Source of the DNA: Tubiluchus corallicola
Taxonomy: Eukaryota; Animalia; Priapulida
Direction of reading: 5' to 3'
DNA: 64,000 nt
NCBI GenBank assembly: GCA_030141605.1
Contig: JAQGDQ010000564.1
Coordinates: 62,001 to 126,000 of the forward strand
The notes beneath the pieces are model-generated. The model saw only the letters and a program-made list of their open reading frames with translations, searched no databases and had not been told where the DNA came from. Within the stretch, counting starts at the first letter, position 1. Each line of letters starts with the position of its first letter. The translations under genes were made by a program, and so were the position numbers. This document shows, piece by piece, positions 1 through 12,000 of the stretch.

Positions 1-6
1 TTGTAG

Positions 7-3000
7 GTGGCGCATGTGAAACTGGTGACGTCATTGATGACACAGGAATGTTTGGTAGCCTCATCTCCATGGCAGGAGGAGAGCCAATGGGACCAACAGC
101 AGCCATAATGAGTTTGACAGAATTATACCCTACGGTATGAACGCAATGGGCAATACAAAACTGCTGTAAAATAAGCCTTTAAGACAATTCCAGTGATTGA
201 TGATGATCGTGAAGAGGTCAAAGGTTAAGTGAACCACACAACACATTTGTGTACACTTGACAACGCCTCGCATCCCATGCTGTTGTATTAGTAACAGTTT
301 TAACAGCTAGACAGAACCTTACCTAGTTCGTTTTTTTTGTTACCAAGCAAGATCCTGCTAGTAAATAATCACTCTACACACAGACTAATGCATAATTAAG
401 TAAAGTCCAGGTAAACCAACTGCAGTTACTGAACAGGTGTGGCGAATGCTTTCCTTTACTTACCTATCACGTGACGGTTGTAGTTGAGACGCTATGGTAC
501 TCTTAACTTTTGACCTACAGCAACTGCGCGTGCGCACAACGTGCAGATGCTTATTAGATCATTAACTAGATATTAATTTGTGTTAGGTGAGATATAGGAC
601 ACAAACTTTACTACTTTCTGAAAAAATTATGGTATTTAGGCAGAAATAAAAGTGAAATAATAGTTTGAAGTGCTAGCCAAGAATCGAACCCAAAACCCTT
701 TCACAGCTGGACGGAGTTAACGTAAACGCAGACAAGTTCCATTTTGAATCTGTTAGTCTGTTGCCTGATACTTTTCAACACGCCACAAATAGTTGTATCA
801 TTACGTTGTTACTTAAGTAGGAGCAGTTTCAAGAACAGTTAATTACAACTTGGACTAATTAAGTTTAGATAGTTTGTTCGATTTTAAAGTTGATCGTGTT
901 AAAGGAAAATCGGATGATTGTGTAAACACGAGTTCAGAATAAAGAATGTTCTAAAACATTAAAAACTACACTAGGATATTTAAAATCAAAGCTTAGATTA
1001 AATATTAATTACCTCGGATAATCAAATTTCGTTAAACTTTCAAAGCTACGCGCGGCTCAGTGAATCTACTAAGATTGGCAGCGCCGCCTTTTTGTCACGT
1101 TCGCGTGGCCGACAAATAGAAGGCGGTACCGTGATAACCGTGATCATGAACTGCCGTGTTAGTTTCTGACGTCATATGACGTACAGCCAATTTTCCTGAC
1201 ATCACGCGTAAAAGTAGTAACACTTACACAAACGTGCTTGACTCGCAAGGAAAGATGCCTACCATTATATAAGCTGTGGTAGGTTTGTGACGTAAGCAAT
1301 AGCTGTTGTCGTTAATTAACTTTCTTAGCTAACTATTCAAATATGAGAAACAATTGCTAAGTTTTATAGGCAAGAAAACGTATATTTTGGACGGTAAATT
1401 AAAACGAGATTGAGTCTAAACAATTGTTCGGTTTTCCTTTAAGTTAACTGCATGTCAATAGTAAATGAATCAATGTTTAAACAGGAATATAAGGGAAGAG
1501 AAACAGTTCGTGGAATCGAGGTTGATCAATGGACGACCAATGTAGCCACTATGAGTATAGTCTATTCTTGGAGTTGTAAGTTTTGTTGTTGTTGTTGTTG
1601 TTGTTATGGTGGTGGTTGTGGTGATGGTGGTGGTAGTCATGGTGGCTGTAGTTGTTGTTATTGTTGTTGCTGCTGCTGCTATTGCTTTTATAGTTCTTAT
1701 TATTGTTGTTGCTGCTGTTGTTGTTGTTACTGTGTTGTTGTTGTTGTTGTGATGGTGGTGGTGGTGTGATGGTGTTGTTGTTGGTGCTGGTGGGTGTGGT
1801 GCTGGTGATGGTAATGATGATGATGATGGTGGTGGAGGTAGTAGTCATGGTGGTCGTTGTCGTTGACATTGCTGTTGTTGTTGATGATGATGATGATGTT
1901 GCTGCTATGGCTGCTACTGCTGTTGATGATGATGATAATGTTGTTGCTGCTGCTGTTGCTGTTAGTTTTATTATTGTTGTTGCTGCTGCTATTGTTGTTG
2001 TAGTTGTTGTTCTTGTTGTTGTTACTGCTGCTGCTGCTGTTGTTGTTACTGCTGCTGCTGTAGTAGTAGTAGTTGTTGTTGTTGTTGATGATGCTGCTGC
2101 TATTGTTGCTGTTGTTCATTACAGTACATTGTTGAACTCGAGTAACTCAATGGTTAACTGTCTCTTACAGCTGGTAACTGGACGACAGCCATGTGTGGAG
2201 AGAAACCGATTCCAGTTCGTATAACTATGATACGTCCTGGAAAACCTGAACATCATTATGAATATGTTCAATACAGAGAATACATTGAAGATTCTACCAT
2301 TCTTGACGTGAGTAATCTATAGCACATTAATTCAGCTAATAACTAACATCTGGCCTTCTCTAAAGGATTTCTTTTTGTCTGGAAAATTCAATTCCAGATT
2401 TAAAATATTTTGATGCAAAACATGTTTCATAGTCATGGTTGGCATCCTTCTGTCTCGGAAGACAATGGAGTGTGCGCCAAGAGAGTCAGTTATTGATCAC
2501 ATTGATGGAGCTGCAGCGTCGACTGTGGCTGAGCAGTCCGATCCTTGAACGTCTCCAGGGCGCACGCCTGCGCAAGGTGTATGGAGATCCTGAGTTGTCC
2601 AGACAACAGGAACCCCTCTCTTCCTCCCTGGTGTAGTCCAAAGGAAAGCGGAGGGATACGTTTGTCACCAGGTTGGCTGCAGGAGCTGCCGGAGTCAGTG
2701 AGCATGCTGCACTGGTCCGCCTTCGGGGCTCCACTCCTGATTTGGAAGGTGTACTCCTCTACACATGGCATTTGGGTCACTTGACCTCCTCCGCCCTCTA
2801 GCCGTTGGCTGCTTGTGCAGCTCCGCCACCTTGTGTCGAGATACAGTGTGGGCATCCCGCAAGCCTACAGCTCCTGGTATTCCTAGGCGGTCACGCATCC
2901 AAGTACTAACCAGGCTCTACGTTGCTTAACTTCGGTGATCAGGCGAGAACCGGTGTTTTCAACGTGATTTGGCCGTAGTAATGTTTCATAGACAGTGCTA

Positions 3001-6000
3001 ATTAAACAGAGAAAAGTCGCGTACGTTTTTGTCCTTTGATTTCTGGACACTGGGAGGCGCTATTTGAAACGAAGCAGATAAAACCTTGTTGTACTTCCTT
3101 TAAAGGACAAGAAAATGGATACCTAGGGTTAATTTAAGAAAAATCGCTATAAAAATTAAATTACTTCACAGCAATTTTATGCGCATATCGTACTCGCGTT
3201 AATAGGAATTTTTGTTTGTTTTCGTTTGAAATCTCCCGCAATACTGTTCCGACACGTCATTATTGACGTCATATACGCACAACGTAAATCGGGAGAAGAA
3301 AAGGAAATGTTAAATTATGTCCCGAAAAACTTTCCATGCAAATCTATATTACTTAGCATTTCACTTACTTTTTTGAAAGACTTATGTAACTAATAATGGA
3401 GACCTTAAGATCAATTGTATCTAATTTTATCAAACGTTTAATAAACCATCCTGTCAGTGTAAAGGTTTTTTTGCTGGAAATAGTATCTTTATGGTTCATT
3501 ACTTGTCTATCATTATGCCATAATGAACTGTGTTCTACATTTTACATTAAACTGTAAATTAATTATGCAATTTTCTCATGTTTCTTAGACTCCATCCATG
3601 GTGTTTTGTCCAAACAGAACAAACACGAAAGATTTGCCATATTGAACTGTGTTTTACATTTTACATTGAACTGTAAACTAATTATGCAATTTTCTCATAT
3701 TTCTTAGACTCCATCCATGGTGTTTTGTCCAAACAGAACAAACACGAAAGATTTACCAGAAATTTCTCTCAGCTTCAAATTCGCAGAGGAAATTGTGCTG
3801 CCCGACTTTGCATCAATTTACCATTCTGAAGTAAGAAGAAAAGCTCTTCTTTTTCATTCTCATGGTTCTTTCTCACACATTTTCACATTACGTTATATTG
3901 TATTGTATTGTATTTTACTGTGCTGTGCTGTGCTGTGCTGTGCTGTGCTGTGCTGCACTGCACTGCGCTGTACTGCACTGCACTACACTGCACTGCACTA
4001 CACTACACTACACTACACTGCACTGCACTACACTACACTACACTGCACTGCACTGCACTACACTACACTACACTACACTACACTACACTACACTACACTG
4101 CACTGCACTGCACTGCACTGCACTGCACTGCACTGCACTGCACTGCACTGCACTACACTACACTACACTACACTACACTACACTACACTACACTACACTA
4201 CACTACACTACACTACACTACACTATATACTATACTGTACTACACTACACTACACTACACTACACTACACTACACTACACTACACTACACTACACTACAC
4301 TACACTACACTACACTACACTACACTACACTACACTACACTACACTACACTACACTACACTACACTACACTACACTACACTACACTACACTACACTACAC
4401 TACACTACACTACACTACACTACACTACACTACACTACACTACACTACACTACACTTCACTACACTACACTACACTACACTACACTACACTACACTACAC
4501 TACACTACACTACACTACACTACACTACACTACACTATACTATATTACATTACATTATATTTCACTGTATGCAAATGTTGCTTCATATGTGTTACTAACT
4601 GGACCGACTGACCAACTGGCAGCTAAGGTCCTCCTGGTAGTGCAAAAACCAAGTTCTGGGTCAACTTGTCGTAGTTATGTGAGGTAGGAAAACACAAAGA
4701 GACGTTCCACCACTGTACTATATTATTTTTACCTGGTTTATAAAGTCTTGCGACATAATAGACTAATGATGTTCACTGTTTAATTCTAAGACATCTAATT
4801 CTTCTTCACTTGCTGGATTTTCTAAAATTTTATCTTCGTCAGCTTCAAGCGTAGCCACATCATCTTCACTTGCTGGATCTTCTAAAATTTTATCTTCGTC
4901 AGCTTCAAGCTCAGCCACATCGTCTTCACTTGCTGGATCTTCTAAAATTTTATCTTCATCAGCTTCAAGCTTAGCCACATCATCTTCACTTGCTGGATCT
5001 TCTAAAATTTTATCTTCATCAGCTTCAAGCTTAGCCACATCATCTTCACTTGCTGGATCTTCTAAAATTTTATCTTCATCAGCTTCAAGCTTAGCCACAT
5101 CATCTTCACTTGCTGGATCTTCTAAAATTTTATCTTCATCAGCTTCAAGCTTAGCCACATCATCTTCACTTGCTGGATCTTCTAAAATTTTATCTTCATC
5201 AGCTTCAAGCTTAGCCACATCATCTTCACTTGCTGGATCTTCTAAAATTTTATCTTCATCAGCTTCAAGCTTAGCCACATCATCTTCACTTGCTGGATCT
5301 TCTAAAATTTTATCTTCATCAGCTTCAAGCTTAGCCACATCATCTTCACTTGCTGGATCTTCTAAAATTTTATCTTCATCAGCTTCAAGCTTAGCCACAT
5401 CATCTTCACTTGCTGGATCTTCTAAAATTTTATCTTCATCAGCTTCAAGCTTAGCCACATCATCTTCACTTGCTGGATCTTCTAAAATTTTATCTTCATC
5501 AGCTTCAAGCTTAACCACATCATCTTCACTTGCTGGATCTTCTAAAATTTTATCTTCATCAGCTTCAAGCTTAACCACATCATCTTCACTTGTTAGATCT
5601 TCTAAAATTTTATCTTCATCAGCTTCAAGCTTAACCACATCATCTTCACTTGCTGGATCTTCTAAAATTTTATCTTCATCAGCTTCAAGCTTAACCACAT
5701 CATCTTCACTTGCTGGATCTTCTAAAATTTTATCTTCATCAGCTTCAAGCTTAGCCACCTCATCTTCACTTGCTGGATCTTCTAAAATTTTATCTTCATC
5801 AGCTTCAAGCTTAGCCACCTCATCTTCACTTGCTGGATCTTCTAAAATTTTATCTTCATCAGCTTCAAGCTTAACCACATCATCTTCACTTGCTGGATCT
5901 TCTAAAATTTTATCTTCATCAGCTTCAAGCTTAACCACATCATCTTCACTTGCTGGATCTTCTAAAATTTTATCGTCATCAGCTTCAAACTTAACCACAT

Positions 6001-9000
6001 CATCTTCACTTGCTGGATCATCTAAAATTTCATCTTCACCAGCTTCAAGCTTAGCCACATCATCTTCACTTGCTGGATCTTCTAAAATTTCATCTTCACC
6101 AGCTTCAAGCTTAGCCACATCATCTTCACTTGCTGGATCTTCTAAAATTTCATCTTCATCAGCTTTAAGCTTAGTCACCTCATCTTCACTTGCTGGATCT
6201 TCTAAAATTTCATCTTCATCAGCTTCAAGCTTAATCATCTGTGTAGCAAAACTTCCAGTCAAACGACTAAATGAAAAATGTTCACATTGTTAGAAAAATC
6301 ACCTTATTCCCTACAGCATTTGGGGAGAAACCTTTACTACTTTAAGGCAGATCTGGTTTCTTTCAAATCTTTTAATTTCTGCCTCGGATTTTTACCACGC
6401 CTTATTCTTTCAACACATTAAGTTTTTAATGAGGGGCTATGTTCAGTTTTATATTTAGATACTTGTACAATAGAACTACAGAAGTAATCATGTACATACA
6501 TTCGTACTACACTTACTTACATGAAGCAAATACTTAATCTGCTACTCGGAAATGTATTTCAGAGACGGATAATCGTATAATCATTAAAATTTCGTGAATT
6601 TCAGGTGTTTTATGATTATGATATGCAGTTGGTGCGGTACACCTACTCCACGGGTGATCCAGTGGCTCCTTATTACGCCATTGGACGCATTGCGGAAATA
6701 CATGACTTCAACACAGGTAGGTTTTTCTTCGTAAACTCCAGTTCTTTGCAAATCATAATCTAACTCGTTTAAAGGTGCATTACTGCAGCACCAATTCCTA
6801 TTATCTCAAAATCATAAAAGTAAACAGGGCGACACCTTTTGATGAGAAAATGAAAGCATTGTAATACAGTGCAGCTTTAACACAATTATTAAAGGACAAG
6901 AAAAGGGGTACCGAAGTAGGTTTCAGAAAAATCACCTTAAAAAATTATATTACTTTATAACAATTTTATGCACATATTGTACTCACGTTGAAACGATTTT
7001 TTGTTTGTTTTCATTTTAAATCCCGACTGCGCCATTACATGACGTCATATACGCACAACGTAATATTAAATTATCTAAAAAAACTTTCACGCTGGAAGGA
7101 GTGCCACTCACTAACCAAAAAAACGTATTTTTAATCCTATTGACACGATACAGTAATTTATAATTTTACTTACTGCCCGAAGCCAGTAGTCACGCATCCA
7201 TTCACTGACCAACCTGACTGTTGCTTAATTTCGAATGCTAAGCCTGGCGAAAAAGATTATTCTACATTTGAAAGTCGTCTCAATTCTTCTAGCAAACCGG
7301 GTAGCCACTTAAGCAAACAAATTAACTGACTAACCAACTAGCCAATCAAATAGGTAGCTAGTTAATGCAACAGTATACTATCACTAATATACTATAATAG
7401 TCAATATACTAACCAAACCACCTATATAAAAAACAACGGTAAACTGGCTGTGCGATTTTGATATATTTGGCATCCATTATTTAAAATATGACAGTTTTTT
7501 GTTCTGTTGGTGGTTCATATTTTAAGATTTCCCATATCTCTTGCGTTCACAATGAAGAAGCAACACGTAAGAATTATGGACAATCAAAGCGCAACATAAA
7601 TCAGAAATCGATGCATTTCAAAGAAGAAATTACAGGAACATTCTAGGCATAAAATAGCCATAGAAAATATCAAACCAGGAGATCTGGATAATAAAGTCAA
7701 GGCAGAGGAATGGACAATTAAAATCAAAAGGGGAGGATTAAGATGGATATGACATGTTATACGACTACCAGATGACAATCCATTAAAGTCAGCTTTCAAA
7801 GAAGTATTAAAGAAAGAAAAGAAACCACAAGGAAGATCTTATCAACACTCCATTAGATATCAAAAATACAGACATGGGAGGTTGTGGGTGACAGGGCAGC
7901 ATGGAGTAAGTGGGAGGATGTGGCTGACAGGACAGCATGGAGTAAGTGAGAGGTTGTGGGTGACAGAGCAGCATGGAGTAAGTGGAAGGTTGTGGGTGAC
8001 AGGGCAGCATGGAGTAAGTGGGAGGTTGTGGGTGACAGGGCAGCATGGAGTAAGTGGGAGGTTGTGGGTGACAGAGCAGCATGGAGTAAGTGGGAGGATG
8101 TGGCTGACAGGGCAGCATGGAGTAAGTGGGAGGTTGTGGGTGACAGGGCAGCATGGAGTAAGTGAGAGGATGTGGCTGACAGGACAGCATGGAGTAAGTG
8201 AGAGGTTGTGGGTGACAGAGCAGCATGGAGTAAGTGGAAGGTTGTGGGTGACAGGGCAGCATGGAGTAAGTGGGAGGTTGTGGGTGACAGGGCAGCATGG
8301 AGTAAGTGGGAGGTTGTGGGTGACAGAGCAGCATGGAGTAAGTGGGAGGATGTGGCTGACAGGGCAGCATGGAGTAAGTGGGAGGTTGTGGGTGACAGGG
8401 CAGCATGGAGTAAGTGGGAGGTTGTGGGTGACAGGACAGCATGGAGTAAGTGAGAGGTTGTGGATGACAGAGCAGCATGGAGTAAGTGGGAGGTTGTGGG
8501 TGACAGGGCAGCATGGAGTAAGTGGGAGGTTGTGGGTGACAGGGCAGCATGGAGTAAGTGGGAGGTTGTGGGTGACAGAGCAGCATGGAGTAAGTGAGAG
8601 GTTGTGGGTGACAGAGCAGCATGGAGTAAGTGGGAGGTTGTGGGTGACAGAGCAGCATGGAGTAAGTGGAAGGTTGTGGGTGAAAGGACAGCATGGAGTA
8701 AGTGGGAAGTTGTGGCTGACAGGACAGCATGGAGTAAGTGAGAGGTTGTGGGTGACAGAGTAGCATGGAGTAAGTGAGAGGTTGTAGGTGACAGAGCAGC
8801 ATGGAGTAAGTGGGAGGTTGTGGGTGACAGAGCAGCATGGAGTAAGTGAGAGGTTGTGGATGACAGAGCAGCATGGAGTAAGTGGGAGGTTGTGGATGAC
8901 AGAGCAGCATAGAGTAAGTGAGAGGTTGTGGATGACAGAGCAGCATAGAGTAAGTGGGAGGTTGTGGGTGACAGAGCAGCATGGAGTAAGTGGGAGGTTG

Positions 9001-12000
9001 TGGGTGACAGAGCAGCATGGAGTAAGTGGGAGGGTGCGGGTGATGGGACAGCATGGAGTAAGTGGGAGGTTGTGGGTGACAGAACAACACGGAGTAAGTG
9101 GGAGGTTGTGGGTGACGGGACAGCATGGAGTAAGTGGGAGGTTGTGGGTGAAAGGACAGCATGGAGTATGTGGGAGGTTGTGGGTGACAGAGCAGCATGG
9201 AGTAAGTGGGAGGTTGTGGATGACAGAGCAGCATGGAGTAAGTGGGAGGTTGTGGGTGACAGAGCAGCATGGAGTAAGTGGGAGGTTGTGGGTGACAGAG
9301 CAGCATGGAGTAAGTGGGAGGTTGTGGGTGACAGAACAGCATGGAGTAAGTGGGAGGTTGTGGGTGACAGAGCAGCATGGAGTAAGTGGGAGGTTGTGGG
9401 TGACAGAGCAGCATGGAGTAAGTGGAAGGTTGTGGGTGACAGAGCAGCATGGAGTAAGTGGAAGGTTGTGGGTGACAGAACAGCATGGAGTAAGTGGGAG
9501 GTTGTGGGTGACAGAGCAGCATGGAGTAAGTGGGAGGTTGTGGGTGACAGAACAGCATGGAGTAAGTGGGAGGTTGTGGGTGACAGGACAGCATGGAGGA
9601 AGTGGGAGGTTGTGGGTGACAGGGCAGCATGGAGTAAGTTGGAGGTTGTGGGTGACAGAGCAGCATGGAGTAAAAGGGACAACAAAGGTCATGTCACAGG
9701 ACGTGTGACTCCAGAGATGATGATGATGACGACAAACCAGAATTGGTTGTGAAATATCTGTCTTGTTGCTAAAATAAACTCAGATTTTTCTTGATCCCAT
9801 CTATGTACCCGTCTATAATCTGTTTTATTTAGAACGATAGACCATCTTCACAACATTGTCTTTTTGACAGGGTTAAAATACGTCATAGACAAACGCAGAG
9901 GTAACTGTACGATCCTCCATATTGACAACAGCACGTGGGACGTTGACACGGAGACACCCGAGGATGGATCCGCCGTCTTTAGACTCAAGAAGCCCGGGGA
10001 CTTTCTTTTATTAGCGGAAGAATATCACTACACTGGTGAAGTACGTGCTGTTTTTTTATACGTTGTGATACGTTCTCAGAAGGTCAGCCTAGTTATGATG
10101 GGATCTTAAAGCAAATTTACTTGTACTAATAAGAATTAAACCCTTTGTTCTGGACAAAAGGAATAGTCTAGCGATTGATGATGATCGTGAAAGGTCAAAG
10201 GTTAAGTGTACCAGGCAACGTATTTGTGTACACTTGACAACACCTCGCAGGCCAAGCTATTGTAATACTAACAATTTTAACAGCTAGACAGAACCCTACC
10301 TAGTTCATTTTTTCTAGTTCCCAAGCAAGATCCTGCTAGTAAATCATTCTATGCACAGACCAATGCGTAATTAAATAAAGTCCATGCAAAACAACGATGT
10401 TACTGAACTGATGCGGCAGACGACTTTGCGTTACCCACATGTCAAATGCTGTAGTACATTTAATCTTTGACCTACAGCAAGTGCGCGTGCGCACAACGAA
10501 CTGTTAAAAGGCTCATAATTTAGCGGTAAGAATGTGACTTCTGAGTTTTGTACCACAGAAAGACAACTTCACGTTCGCGCCACTAATTCTTCGCTATTAC
10601 GTGCATTTTGCCATTCGCTCTTTAGATGGGCACTAGCGCCTGCACTTCGGAAACGCGTTGAGTGAAAAACAGACTCTGTACCTCTCAGTTCAGACCAGTC
10701 ATTTGTGCCGTGTTATCTCAAAATTTACCCAGTTTTTGTATATTACACCGAATGTCTTACAGTAGCACTGTACTTCAATTTTCCTTTTCGCAAATGCGTT
10801 CAACACGCTCATGGAATGTTTGTGCTGTTAATGTTTATGTTCGTTTGTGACGCAATCACTAACTGGGATCGCGCGCCTTTAATTAAGTTTTTAGCCTATT
10901 ATTTAATTATCAGAAATGCTTTGGCATTATTATATCTTTTAAAATGTATACATTTTACCGTACTTCAAAATAGGGTAGGATATGAAAAATCGTCCTGTTT
11001 TACTTTAAACCAAAATTTAATTTAATTTTATTTTATTTTTAGCGTACATATCGTGGCATACCTGTCGATGTTTGGATAGCCAGTGTGGAAGATTTCTCAG
11101 ACATGGCGCCACCTGGTGTTGAAATTAAATCAGTCATAATCGAATACGGATTCTCAAATGTAAGATCTCAAAACTTTAATCTTTTTTTGTTTATACTGTA
11201 CATAAACTGGTGTATTGTAAGAAATACTGTACACTCTAAGTCTAAGACAACACGAAGTAATATATTATCAAACCAACATAATTTTTACTAAAAGCGTTAA
11301 TTTACAACAGTTACTTTAAAAAAGAAACACTTTCAAAAGTTTCGACACCTGCTGGCTGTCGTCATCAGTGGTACACTATACAAATAATAACCACGTGGAA
11401 AATTATGCGCTAATTACGCTTTTACAAAAAAGCCAAAGTAATGAATAACTTATACAGCTTATAGAAATTCATTTAGGCCTCGAACAAATTTATAGTGAGA
11501 TAATACGATAAATTTTACTGTAGCTATGTGCAAAGCATGTGTGGAATACAGCAGTAAATGTTACTGTAGCTATGTGCAAAGCATGTGTGGAATACAGCAG
11601 TAAATGTTACTGTAGCTATGTGCAAAGCATGTGTGGAATACAGCAGTAAATGTTACTGTAGCTATGTGCAAAGCATGTGTGGAATACAGTAGTAAATGTT
11701 ACTGTGGCTATGTGCAAAGCATGTGTGGAATACAGCAGTAAATGTTACTGTGGCTATGTGCAAAGCATGTGTGGAATACAGCAGTAAATGTTACTGTAGC
11801 TATGTGCAAAGCATGTGTGGAATACAGCAGTAAATGTTACTGTAGCTATGTGCAAAGCATGTGTGGAATACAGCAGTAAATGTTACTGTAGCTATGTGCA
11901 AAGCATGTGTGGAATACAGCAGTAAATGTTACTGTAGCTATGTGCAAAGCATGTGTGGAATACAGTAGTAAATGTTACTGTGGCTATGTGCAAAGCATGT

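Noticed and set aside
1452-2224. Poly-C/V/N/Q ORFs here, and similar ones at 17625-18050, 19605-20105 and 27813-28236
   Set aside because: Translations of intronic microsatellites; only short true exons overlap them.
2861-2978. Functional 5S rRNA gene
   Set aside because: No oligo-T terminator, fused to a repeat body and bounded by a TSD; better read as a SINE head.
3717-4687. (HYTTL)n ORFs in three frames
   Set aside because: A pentanucleotide repeat lacking stop codons; the real exon ends at the 3830 donor.
7807-9752. 600-aa repetitive ORFs
   Set aside because: A 36-bp minisatellite open in several frames on both strands; no unique coding context.
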